NCBI RefSeq assembly: GCF_000237865.1
Contig: NC_017459.1
Coordinates: 450,001 to 482,000, forward strand
DNA from: Haloquadratum walsbyi C23
GTDB taxonomy: Archaea > Halobacteriota > Halobacteria > Halobacteriales > Haloferacaceae
Direction of reading: 5' to 3'
DNA length: 32,000 nt
A model generated the notes under the pieces. The model did not search any database, was not told the DNA's origin, and saw nothing but the letters and a program-made list of their open reading frames with translations. A program made the position numbers and the translations under genes. Shown one piece after another: positions 1-8,809 of the stretch; the first letter of the stretch is position 1, and each line of letters opens with the position of its first letter.

Positions 1-1340
1 GATAGTTCTGTTAAATCGTCGACGTCGGCAGCTTCTTTTTTATCATCGATATAATCAAACAGTGCATCACGCTCTTTTGTCCCGAACGCAGATGCCTGAA
101 GCATATCGGCGAGTCGCCGCGCCTGTAATCCAGTGAGAGTTTCATCACGGTCCAATTGTTCAATTCCACGAACATACTGCGTGAGTCGATCTGTCCACAT
201 CCGCTGGTCAGTGAGTGCTGAAAATGGCATTCCTAATGGGAGGAACTCATCAATAAATTGGAACATCTGATATCGAGCACGAAATAGGATCATTAACGTT
301 TCTTCACCGTCGCTCCGCTCGACAGTATGACGAACGTTACGTGCGAGATCGAGCATTGATGGGGATTCGATTCCCTCAACGGTGCCTCCTTGTTTACGCG
401 GATGGAGATCTTTTTCTTGTCGCTTGTCGATATGTCGGATCTCTTGATTAACGACGCTAAGGACCTTTGATGGGAGACGGTATGAATTTGGGAGTACAAC
501 GTCTTCATCGCGATTAGCATCAAGTAACAGATTTGGATCAGCTCCCTGCCAAGCATATACGACCTGGTCATCGTCACCAGCGATGAGTACACGATCAACA
601 CTCGACCTCCATTTTTCATAGACGTCATATTGTAACGTGGTGATATCCTGAAATTCATCGATAACAAGATAATCTACTTGCGGGACAAGTGAGCGCTGTT
701 TTACCCGTTCGAGCATATCGGCAAATCCAACCAATCCATGATCCCCTTTGTATGCCCGCCATGCCTGGATTACTTCTGGGACATGAATACGGTCATCATC
801 AGATGACCATGTTGGTGTGTACTTATTTCCCTCCTGTGCATTTGGGTCGACATCAGGTGGGAGTCGGACCTCTTCAACATTCCACTGAAATGGAACTTCA
901 TACCAATCAGCTACATCGCGTCGCGTTCGCTGAAGCCATTGACTGGTTGCAATTATTTTATTCCCAAGTGTTGTTGACCGCGCCGTTCGCCGACCTGCAC
1001 CACCATATTTATCTTCGAACTCAACGCCATATTCCTCGCAGAACTCTTGTTTATCACTATCATCGATGACATCTCCCCGCGAGAGATTTAATAGCTCATA
1101 GGCTTTTGCGTGCATCGTCGCGACATTTCCTTGAAGAGCGCGTGGAGAGATATCAAGTCGCTCGGCAAGCCGCTCGCGAACCTCTGCGGCTGCGGCCCGT
1201 GTATACGAAACAACAAGGATATCACGAATGCTAACATCATCGGCATCAAGAATCTTGTCGACCTCATCAAGTAACGCAGTGGTCTTTCCACTGCCAGGAC
1301 CACCGAACAGTCGGGTGATTTCCGGGTTGGCATCGCTCAT
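1..1340 (-). CDS. UvrD/Rep-type superfamily-1 DNA helicase, N-terminal ~446 aa; C-terminus lies beyond the left edge
   Basis: ATG at 1340 gives MSDANPEITRLFGGPGSGKTTALLDEV (Walker A), VVSYTRAAAAEV (motif Ia), LVIDEFQD (motif II) and AGDDDQVVYAWQGA (motif III). The frame is open to position 1. It is missing from the ORF track because no stop falls in the window. Confidence 0.85.
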   Translation of the reverse strand, partial: MSDANPEITRLFGGPGSGKTTALLDEVDKILDADDVSIRDILVVSYTRAAAAEVRERLAERLDISPRALQGNVATMHAKAYELLNLSRGDVIDDSDKQEFCEEYGVEFEDKYGGAGRRTARSTTLGNKIIATSQWLQRTRRDVADWYEVPFQWNVEEVRLPPDVDPNAQEGNKYTPTWSSDDDRIHVPEVIQAWRAYKGDHGLVGFADMLERVKQRSLVPQVDYLVIDEFQDITTLQYDVYEKWRSSVDRVLIAGDDDQVVYAWQGADPNLLLDANRDEDVVLPNSYRLPSKVLSVVNQEIRHIDKRQEKDLHPRKQGGTVEGIESPSMLDLARNVRHTVERSDGEETLMILFRARYQMFQFIDEFLPLGMPFSALTDQRMWTDRLTQYVRGIEQLDRDETLTGLQARRLADMLQASAFGTKERDALFDYIDDKKEAADVDDLTEL

Positions 1341-1458
1341 TGTCCGTATACACGCTCTTACTGGTGATAAACCGTGTGCTTCTATGCTCAGTGGTGATAC
1401 ATGTTACTGAGCACTTGAGTATTATAATATAGATAATCTATCAGCAGTGATATTGGTG

Positions 1459-1644
1459 CTAGTTCGACTCTGGAGTCCACTCGCAGACAGAACACACTGT
1501 TGCCGACATGTCATGCAGTGCACCACAATCCGGGCACTGTTTCTTATTATACGATTCCTCCCAGCTAGCGGACTCTACCTCATGTCCACGATCACTGAGA
1601 AACTGATCGAACAGTGCGTCATCAGAGGGCGGTGCTGATGCCAT
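1459..1644 (-). CDS. small zinc-ribbon (CPxCG-type) protein
   Basis: MASAPPSDDALFDQF...CPDCGALHDMSATVCSVCEW has two CxxC pairs and an acidic N-terminal part. I chose the start at the internal ATG (M9 of the track ORF). Confidence 0.55.
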   Translation of the reverse strand: MASAPPSDDALFDQFLSDRGHEVESASWEESYNKKQCPDCGALHDMSATVCSVCEWTPESN

Positions 1645-1823
1645 ACACATTATGATACTCGTTACCATTACTTATGCTTACCGCTAACTTAGGTCAGTAT
1701 ATCCAGCTCAATCATACATAATTAATCGGTCCACTAACTCTGCTGCTGCATCATTCTTCAACATTTATTTGTTTCATATACTCACACAAAACGGTCTTGA
1801 CAACTGGGGGCATACAGTCGACG

Positions 1824-2306
1824 ATGAGTTTCACTCCGTCGCGCGATTCAAATACCAATCGGGCTTCTTCATCTTCCAACACTACGAACATCGACTCTCG
1901 TCAGAACTCAAAACCTGAACCTGAACCTGACCCAGACCCAGACCCAGATTCGACTGGTATATGGCATGCATTTGTTCCATTTGGCTTCGTCGCCGCAGAA
2001 GTTGGTGTTCTCTTTGACTTCACACCTATAGCCGTTGGTGGACTCGTCCTCTTCGGACGAAGTATTGCTGGCGTTCTTGTTGAGATGCGCTTCGTTCGTG
2101 GACCGATGTATCTACTCACTGCTATCGGCTTACTCTATGCGCTCGTTGGAAGCGGACTCATCTATGTGTTTGGCGGATCAGCCGGGGCGTTTGAGCTAGG
2201 GTTCCGTGGGATTGCGCTCGCTGTCGCAGGCGGTGTTACGACCGCACTCGCTGCATGGCGCTGGTTTGAGACTGAGACTAGTGCAGATCCGGGTGTTGGA
2301 TCGTAA
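1824..2306 (+). CDS. hypothetical membrane protein with a PEPEPDPDPDPD low-complexity linker
   Basis: There are three to four hydrophobic segments after an acidic repeat. The track ORF starts at TTG 1797; the first ATG is at 1824. Confidence 0.5.
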   Translation: MSFTPSRDSNTNRASSSSNTTNIDSRQNSKPEPEPDPDPDPDSTGIWHAFVPFGFVAAEVGVLFDFTPIAVGGLVLFGRSIAGVLVEMRFVRGPMYLLTAIGLLYALVGSGLIYVFGGSAGAFELGFRGIALAVAGGVTTALAAWRWFETETSADPGVGS

Positions 2307-2411
2307 ATATAGTTGCGTGTTATATGCTGAGCAGGCACAATGCCATGACGTTCAAACCGTGGATACGTGCTGTTGCTCTTTATGCTAATCTACAGATTAA
2401 CAGGCAGAGTG

Positions 2412-2432
2412 CCTCGAGGCTTGACCCCGAGG
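2412..2432. repeat. palindrome family copy (CCTCGAGG-CTTGA-CCCCGAGG)
   Basis: An 8 bp arm, a 5 nt loop and one mismatch. It shares the core sequence with 2751-2771 and 3069-3089. Confidence 0.6.
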
Positions 2433-2740
2433 GTGAATGCCGTCACTATATGCCACAAATTTAACCATTTCTAGCGTTCAATATAGCGACAACGACCAGA
2501 AACAACCCATCAAAGTATGGAAATGAAGACCTCATTTCCTTCGCTGGTCGTTTGACAGTTTGGAAATGTGGCCGCTCTCAAAATCCGCTACTATGATGGT
2601 GCGACGGGGGTTTCAACGGGCAGAGTGAAGCCGCCGACCTCCACGGACTCCTCGCGGAGTTCGGGTGTTAATTCCAGCCGACCCCTCACGGGGAAGGTCG
2701 GAGGGAATTAAATTCGCCTGCGGGTGCTGTGCAGACCCCA

Positions 2741-2783
2741 AACGGTGAAGCCTCGGGGCTTGACCCCGAGGTACTTCACCGTT
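2741..2783. repeat. 43 nt near-perfect palindrome: AACGGTGAAG-CCTCGGGG-CTTGA-CCCCGAGG-TA-CTTCACCGTT
   Basis: Read directly from the sequence: 18 bp of stem with one 2 nt bulge. It is the left end of repeat unit 2741-2923, which recurs at 8914-9001. Confidence 0.75.
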
Positions 2784-2838
2784 ATCTTGCGACTCACGCT
2801 TCAACATCAATACGTTTCATCGGATATTGAGGCGGATA

Positions 2839-2859
2839 CTCCGAGGCTCGACCCTGGAG
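2839..2859. repeat. degenerate palindrome family copy (CTCCGAGG-CTCGA-CCCTGGAG)
   Basis: Same layout as the family, but the arms are only partly complementary. Confidence 0.35.
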
Positions 2860-3068
2860 AGGAAGCCAACGGTCACCTGAGTTGCAAAATATCTATTCTT
2901 AACGATCCTGCATGATTCGATAGTGACCAGCAGCCACAAGTGTTGTTAGTCATGGGCTGCCAGTCAACCAGCCCCAAAATTGGGGTCGCTGACTCGTGAA
3001 TGCCTGCAACTCGACAGGGAATAATATTGAGTCTCACTCAGGTATGACGCGACAAGACTACCGATAAG

Positions 3069-3089
3069 CCTCGGGACCTGACCCCGAGG
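3069..3089. repeat. palindrome family copy (CCTCGGGA-CCTGA-CCCCGAGG)
   Basis: Eight-base arms. The terminal pair is complementary only as G-U on the minus strand. Confidence 0.6.
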
Positions 3090-3503
3090 TTGTTGACTGA
3101 CGGACACCCATATTATAATGTAGGAATCGAGTGAGAATAGGGCGATTCCCGCCAGTCCGACGATGGCGGTCTGTCCGTCCCGAGCAATCAGATAATCCTT
3201 GGAGTCAGTCCGATGAATGGTTGGGTTCCGACACTGAATCGATACCGTGCTGGGTTGCTTACAGGCATCCTGAAAGTAACTCTGAGTATGCTGACGACTG
3301 TTGACGTCCTCGTAGTCGTGGCACAAACAACACCGGGCGCGGTAATGGTCGAGAACAGGAGTTCTCCTGCTACCACCACTAGTCCCGCCCGATTCAGCCA
3401 ACGAACACCCCGATCAGATTCGAACTAATTTGGTATTCGGTGGGATCGCGAAATCTGACACTCATACCACTTGGAATTCTTTCGTATGAACGCGAGAAGA
3501 ATG

Positions 3504-5033
3504 TCAATTCCCCACACGAAACTCTTGATCAAGATCATATAGTGATCCATATTTTTCACTCACGTACGAGATGAACGCGTCTGCAGTAAACGATGAGCCC
3601 GTTGCCTGTGTGATGAGTTTATCAGTCTCGTACCGCGCCCCGTGTTGATGAACATTTGTCTGGAGCCACCTACGTATCTCATCAAATGACCCAGCAGCAA
3701 CCTTTGAATCAAGTTCAACAATCGATTCCTTAGCAGCAGCATATAGTTGTGCGGCCATTGCTGATCCAAGTGAATATGTGGGGAAATACCCGATATTTCC
3801 GTGACTCCAATGAATATCCTGTAGGCAGCCCTCAGCATCTGTCTCGGGTCGAATTCCAAGATACTCCTCGTATTTATCATTCCAGATGGCTGGAACCTCC
3901 GCAACATCAATGTCTCCAGCAATCAGCGCACGCTCGATTTCGTATCGAATTAGAACATGTAGATGATACGTTAGTTCATCTGCATTAACACGAATGAGAT
4001 TATCCTTATATACCTGATTTGCGGCTTCATATGCTTCATTGACACTCAATGCATCTGTCTTTGGGAAATGAGTATTAATTTGTGGTAACAGCACATTCCA
4101 AAATGCACGCGAACGTCCAACGTGATTTTCCCACAAGCGCGATTGTGACTCATGAACCGAGAGATCTCGATCCTCACCAAGCGGCGTTGCATATGCATCA
4201 TCTGATAATCCCAGGGTGTAAGTTGCATGACCGAATTCATGAATTGTTGAAAAAAGTGACCCAAGCGGATCAGTCTCATCAAATCGCGTCGTGACCCGGG
4301 CATCGAAGCTTGTCCCCATTGAAAATGGATGTGGCGCTGTATCGAGACGACCCCGCTCCCATGGATATCCGAGTGTTGTCAGAACGTCTCGACAAAGGGC
4401 TTCCTGATTGGCAGACGAGTATGTTCCCTGTCTGGTAAATGCATCCGTCGCTAGTGTCGTATCTGATGCACGAATCGCATCAATCATCGGAACAAGCGCC
4501 TCACGAATTTCTCGAAGAACAGATTCTACGTGATCAAGTGGAAGGCACGGCTCAAATTCTTCAAGCAAGACCGCATACGCATCACGAGTTGGGTCAATAT
4601 ACTCAGCGTATTCGCGGTTTAGTTCGACATGCCGCTGTAGATACGGGGCAAATGCATTAAAATCATTGTTCGCTTTTGCAGATTCCCAGACCGAGAGCGC
4701 CTCTGAGGCTGTCTCCGACATCTCTGCAACGAGTGACTCTGGGACTGCTGCTGCTCGTTCGTGTTTTCGACGAATCTCCCGTACAGTCGCTTTTTCATCA
4801 GACGAGAGTGAATCACTGTTAGCACGCAGTGTTTCAAGCGCGTCTGCGATTATATCATCAGTGAGTGCGTTATGTGCAACAGTTGAGAGTGCTGAAAGTT
4901 GTGCTGTTCGAGCCGGAGTTCCACCCTCTGGCATTGTCACTTGTTGATCCCATGAAAGCACACCCTGCGCATGCTGAATGTTTGCTATCTGCTCATACTG
5001 CTCACAAAGTGTCGCGTATGCGTCTGTCGACAT
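3504..5033 (-). CDS. M32 metallocarboxypeptidase (carboxypeptidase Taq family)
   Basis: HEFGHATY (HExxH), HESQSRLWEN, IRVNADELTYHLH and GCLQDIHWS...GYFPTY. The start is placed at MSTDAYATL (ATG 5033) rather than the upstream track start. Confidence 0.93.
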   Translation of the reverse strand: MSTDAYATLCEQYEQIANIQHAQGVLSWDQQVTMPEGGTPARTAQLSALSTVAHNALTDDIIADALETLRANSDSLSSDEKATVREIRRKHERAAAVPESLVAEMSETASEALSVWESAKANNDFNAFAPYLQRHVELNREYAEYIDPTRDAYAVLLEEFEPCLPLDHVESVLREIREALVPMIDAIRASDTTLATDAFTRQGTYSSANQEALCRDVLTTLGYPWERGRLDTAPHPFSMGTSFDARVTTRFDETDPLGSLFSTIHEFGHATYTLGLSDDAYATPLGEDRDLSVHESQSRLWENHVGRSRAFWNVLLPQINTHFPKTDALSVNEAYEAANQVYKDNLIRVNADELTYHLHVLIRYEIERALIAGDIDVAEVPAIWNDKYEEYLGIRPETDAEGCLQDIHWSHGNIGYFPTYSLGSAMAAQLYAAAKESIVELDSKVAAGSFDEIRRWLQTNVHQHGARYETDKLITQATGSSFTADAFISYVSEKYGSLYDLDQEFRVGN

Positions 5034-5180
5034 TATCAATATATACCACGGTAATGCAATCAACCCACCGCTCGTTGATTGGTGGTGTATCATAACTCCG
5101 ACTATTTGTCAAGGTGAGAATAATTACGTCGGTAAACTGTCTCGAGATTAAGTCCCGTGGTATCCGCCTTGTAACTCTGT

Positions 5181-5236
5181 GAACTCCCCCGACCTACTCA
5201 ACCGTCGGAGACGGCTTCTGTGAGGACGGGAAAGGG
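5181..5236 (+). repeat. divergent tnpB right-end-like module (outer helix / CTCA / hairpin / TGAG / outer helix)
   Basis: CCCG(5188-5191)...CTCA(5197-5200)...CCGTC-GGA-GACGG(5202-5214)...TGAG(5221-5224)...CGGG(5227-5230). This is the same architecture as 13225-13269. A T6 run follows at 5333-5338. Confidence 0.3.
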
Positions 5237-5573
5237 GCTTTCAGTGAAGATTGATTTAATCTCCGAGTGTTCCACATTGGAGAGAACTATCCGCTGTAGG
5301 GCGTTCACAGCCCTCACTAGACTCTTTTTTCAAACATCTTACTTGAGCGATTGAGCTTACCTGTCCAAACTGTGGCGAAACGACAAGAACGGATGGTGTT
5401 GCCGTCTGATTCAGCGGTTTGAAAGACTTCCACATTAGACAATCAGTGTATATCGGACTACAGTATTACCGTTATGATCATCGGGCATATCTCCTCGCTA
5501 CTCGTTCGTTTCACTCACTCCTCGAGAAAGGGGGTTTTACCCTTTATTGTGATAAAATTACAGCTGTGAACTA

Positions 5574-6716
5574 CTAATCGGATGACCAGCATTCATTATT
5601 GTCGATACAATGTTGTGATGGAACAGCACGATATATCTGATAACATCGCTCGATTGCATCAATCGAGACACTCTCTTGAGCAGTATGTGCTTCTCCTGGT
5701 TCAGCAGCTCCGACGATAACACAAGTCGTCCCGGCATCCGAAAGCCATCCAGCATCGGTTGCATGTGGCTTTGTCACCTTTCTTGGCGTTGTTTCTGAAT
5801 GTATATTCGCTGCTACGTTTGTCACAGCAGTAGCAAAGGTTGGGTCATCACATGCCATCGGCGGGAGATCTTGGTCGATACTCCAAGTTACACCTTCGAC
5901 AGCTGCCCGCTCAATTGGAGCACGTTTGCCGGGCACAGTCCGTTCGTCGATAGTGATCTGACAAGTATCAGGGATAGTGTTCCACGCAGTCCCCCCATCA
6001 ATCTCAGTAACAGCTACACTCCCTGAAATCTCTGTCTCCCCGACAGAGGCAACCGGTGCATCAGCAGCCAGTTCTTGAAGAATATCGATAGCATCTGAGG
6101 CACGATAAATAGCGTTTATGCCACAATCAACTTCACTTGCGTGAGCAGCCTCACCGTGTGCAGTGAGTGTTGACCCCCGCCGTCCCTTATGTGCAACGAC
6201 AACATCTGTTTGTTTCACTCCAGCGTAATTCGTTGAGCCTTCACCAACAATAGCATACTCTGGGCTAAACCCATTTTCAATCGCTGCCTGTGCACCGATG
6301 CCACCATCTTCCTCGCCGATGAATGATGCGAATACAACCTCAATACCGTCAGCAGGAACTATATCACGAAACGCAAGGAGAGCAGCGGCAAGTGATCCCT
6401 TCATATCTGCGGTGCCGCGTCCGTATAGTCGTCTGTTCTGCTTTGTTACTTGATACTCCCCATTATCGGTCACTTGCTGTTCATCAGGATCAACAACATC
6501 ATGATGTCCAGTAAGTGCAATCGACACCGAGCCTATACCTCGTCGAGCGATGATATTTCCGTGTGAGTCCCGTTGCGCCGCTGCATCGGTGTTGTTCTCA
6601 ATCCAATTGTAAATTACGTCACCGACAGCAGTTGCGTCGCGATGACTTGGGATTGAGACAAGCGTTCGTGTGAGTGAGACCAGCTCATCGCGAATGTTTG
6701 TGTGCTCTAAAGACAT
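5574..6716 (-). CDS. M20 family metallopeptidase (ArgE/DapE-type deacylase)
   Basis: LTGHHDVV, GRGTADMKG and IGEEDGG motifs. The length of 380 aa is typical. Confidence 0.88.
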   Translation of the reverse strand: MSLEHTNIRDELVSLTRTLVSIPSHRDATAVGDVIYNWIENNTDAAAQRDSHGNIIARRGIGSVSIALTGHHDVVDPDEQQVTDNGEYQVTKQNRRLYGRGTADMKGSLAAALLAFRDIVPADGIEVVFASFIGEEDGGIGAQAAIENGFSPEYAIVGEGSTNYAGVKQTDVVVAHKGRRGSTLTAHGEAAHASEVDCGINAIYRASDAIDILQELAADAPVASVGETEISGSVAVTEIDGGTAWNTIPDTCQITIDERTVPGKRAPIERAAVEGVTWSIDQDLPPMACDDPTFATAVTNVAANIHSETTPRKVTKPHATDAGWLSDAGTTCVIVGAAEPGEAHTAQESVSIDAIERCYQIYRAVPSQHCIDNNECWSSD

Positions 6717-6800
6717 GCTATCATATGCTATCCCCAGTGTTAAAATGTCTCAGGGAGATGAAACACGTTGATTTGACACCGCCCGGACGGGTCAAAGCCC

Positions 6801-6816
6801 GATGTGATGTCACATC
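6801..6816. promoter_or_regulatory. candidate operator palindrome GATGTGA-TG-TCACATC in a divergent promoter spacer
   Basis: Perfect 7 bp arms, ending ~30 bp upstream of ATG 6847 and ~85 bp from the divergent start at 6716. Confidence 0.25.
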
Positions 6817-6846
6817 CTTATCCCGCTGCCACACTAAATAGTTCAT

Positions 6847-8754
6847 ATGAAAGTAGTTCCGGACACGAGCGCGGTCGTTGACGGTCGCGTGTCCGAACGC
6901 GTTGAGTCGGCAGAAACGGCGACAATCGTTGTTCCAGAGGTCGTCGTTGGTGAACTTGAATCGCAGGCAAATGATGGACGTGAGACTGGGTGGGATGGAC
7001 TTGAGGAGCTACAGCAACTTGCATCCCTTGCTGATGCTGGAAACGTTGATGTGCAATATGTCGGTGATGGGAACGCTCAAAATGAACTGACAAACGGTGA
7101 TGCTGCATCAATTCGTGACGGTCCCGCTGATATTGATGCTATTATCCGTGATGTGGCTGATGTTGAGAATGCAACACTTCTTACGAGTGATGTTGTCCAA
7201 TCAGAGGTTGCAAAGGCAAAAGGAATTACTGTTGAGTATGTTGAGCCTCGTCCCCGTGGGACTGCATCAACATCAGGTGATCTTGCTGTCGAGGATTTCT
7301 TTGATGAGCAGACAATGTCTGTTCATCTTAAAACAGATACTATCCCAAAGGCAAAGCGTGGAGCGATTGGTGATATGCATTATCAGCAGATTGCTGAGTC
7401 TCCCACCGATGAGCCAACAATGAAAGAGTGGGCGGATGATATTGAAGCTACAGCACGGAGCAGTTCTGATGGATTTGTTGAGCTCAGTGAACCAGGAATG
7501 AAAATCGTTCAATTCCGCGATTATCGCATTGCTGTTGCTCGACCACCATTTGCGGATGGAATCGAGATTACCGCGGTCCGTCCGATTGTCAAGACTGAAC
7601 TTGATGATTATGAGTTTGCGGATGACCTTCGGGAGCGACTTGAAGCTAAACAACGCGGCGTCCTCATCTCTGGGTCACCGGGAGCTGGAAAATCAACATT
7701 CGCACAGGCGGTCGCGGAGTTTCTGACAGACAGCGATTATGCTGTGAAGACAATGGAGAAGCCCCGTGATCTTCAAGTCGGTAGTGACGTGACACAATAC
7801 ACTGCACTCGGTGGTGATATGGCAAAAACAGCCGATTCATTGCTACTTGTTCGACCGGATTATACCATCTATGATGAAGTCCGGAAAACAAAAGATTTCA
7901 GTGTATTTGCTGATATGCGATTGGCTGGTGTTGGGATGGTCGGTGTTGTCCATGCAACGGAGGCAATCGATGCACTTCAACGACTTGTTGGTCGTGTCGA
8001 ACTTGGGATGATCCCGCAAGTTGTCGACACAGTGGTATATATTGAAGATGGTCATGTTGAAACCGTCTATGATGTCACAACAGAGGTAAAAGTTCCAGAA
8101 GGGCTTGCGGCTGAGGACCTCGCACGACCAGTTATTCAAATATCAGACTTTGAAACAGATATTCCAGCGTATGAGATTTATACATTTAATCGGCAAGTTA
8201 TCACGGTACCATTGGATGGTGAATCAAGTAATGAAGAAACTGGAGTTGGACGACTTGCACGACAGGAGATCGAGCGAGAAATCCGCTCAATTGCGCGTGG
8301 GCATGTCGATGTTGAGCTAAAAGGACAGAATGATGCTATTGTATATGTTGAGGAAGATGATATCTCATATGTAATTGGCAAGGGTGGTGGACGCATCGCT
8401 GATGTCGAAGATCGCCTTGGAATTGATATTGATGTCCGAACACACGAAGAAAACCCATCAAATCATCGAGGCGATGGGGGCAGCTCCCAAGGAACCGCCT
8501 CAAGTGATAGTAATCCCCGTGACACTGCGGATGACACGATGACAGTCACGCCTGAGGTCACATCCAGGCATGTAGTCGTTCGACTTGACGAACATGTTGG
8601 TGAGACTGTTGAAATTCGCGCAGATAATGAGTATCTGTTCACAGCAACCGTTGGTCGCGGGGGAGATATTCAAGTCTCACGTGGAAGCGCCATTGCTGAT
8701 GATCTTGAGACAGCCATCGACCGTCGAGCACAAATTACCGTTCATCCGACATGA
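6847..8754 (+). CDS. PIN-domain / PilT-like ATPase / KH-domain protein (archaeal PINA-type)
   Basis: N-terminal VVPDTSAVVDGR (PIN), Walker A GSPGAGKST and C-terminal KH signature VIGKGGGRIADVEDRLGIDIDV. Confidence 0.88.
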   Translation: MKVVPDTSAVVDGRVSERVESAETATIVVPEVVVGELESQANDGRETGWDGLEELQQLASLADAGNVDVQYVGDGNAQNELTNGDAASIRDGPADIDAIIRDVADVENATLLTSDVVQSEVAKAKGITVEYVEPRPRGTASTSGDLAVEDFFDEQTMSVHLKTDTIPKAKRGAIGDMHYQQIAESPTDEPTMKEWADDIEATARSSSDGFVELSEPGMKIVQFRDYRIAVARPPFADGIEITAVRPIVKTELDDYEFADDLRERLEAKQRGVLISGSPGAGKSTFAQAVAEFLTDSDYAVKTMEKPRDLQVGSDVTQYTALGGDMAKTADSLLLVRPDYTIYDEVRKTKDFSVFADMRLAGVGMVGVVHATEAIDALQRLVGRVELGMIPQVVDTVVYIEDGHVETVYDVTTEVKVPEGLAAEDLARPVIQISDFETDIPAYEIYTFNRQVITVPLDGESSNEETGVGRLARQEIEREIRSIARGHVDVELKGQNDAIVYVEEDDISYVIGKGGGRIADVEDRLGIDIDVRTHEENPSNHRGDGGSSQGTASSDSNPRDTADDTMTVTPEVTSRHVVVRLDEHVGETVEIRADNEYLFTATVGRGGDIQVSRGSAIADDLETAIDRRAQITVHPT

Positions 8755-8809
8755 CACGCCCTAACTGACAAATCTAGTCTCTACAAATAAAACCAAGGCG
8801 AGTGTTTAG

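Larger units (their letters stand above)
2741..2923 (+). repeat. repeat unit R, long version
   Basis: CCCCGAGGTACTTCACCRTT ... ACGTTT ... GATCCTGC ... CATKATTCGATAR is alignable with 8914-9001. This copy carries ~95 extra nt, including hairpin 2839-2859. Confidence 0.5.
2390..3450. other. hairpin-dense noncoding tract between convergent genes (probable graveyard of non-autonomous elements and/or structured RNA)
   Basis: GC is visibly higher than in other spacers, with many perfect stems. The only long ORF (2964..3401) is basic and Cys-rich, unlike the acidic proteome, and runs through repeat hairpins. Confidence 0.6.

Noticed and set aside
689-1410. Track ORFs 689..1069(+), 1088..1333(-) and 1228..1410(+)
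   Set aside because: All overlap the helicase frame, which has clear SF1 motifs. They are alternative-frame or antisense shadows.
2590-2720. RNase P RNA: GGGGAAGGTCGGAGGG resembles the CR-I GAGGAAAGTCC box
   Set aside because: The invariant GGAAAGTCC is not present, and no ACAGAAA-type CR-IV or CR-V partner was seen.
2964-3401. 145 aa ORF (and the overlapping 63 and 71 aa ORFs)
   Set aside because: It is basic, Cys- and Gln-rich and lacks the acidic bias of every credible protein here. It has a TTG start and runs through repeat hairpins. At most it is a decayed zinc-finger remnant.
3405-3432. tRNA-like T-arm on the minus strand (ATTAG-TTCGAAT-CTGAT followed by CGGGGTG), possibly a tRNA 3' fragment or att site
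   Set aside because: No matching 5' acceptor strand, D-arm or anticodon arm exists upstream. An A/U-rich T-stem is atypical for haloarchaeal tRNAs, so this is most likely chance.
5150-5260. SRP (7S) RNA: CCTTGTAAC and GAGGACGGGAAAGGGGC resemble Alu-domain and helix-8 motifs
   Set aside because: The helix-8-like stretch cannot form the closing stem around a GGAA tetraloop, and no 5'/3' terminal pairing was found. The tnpB right-end-like module explains it better.
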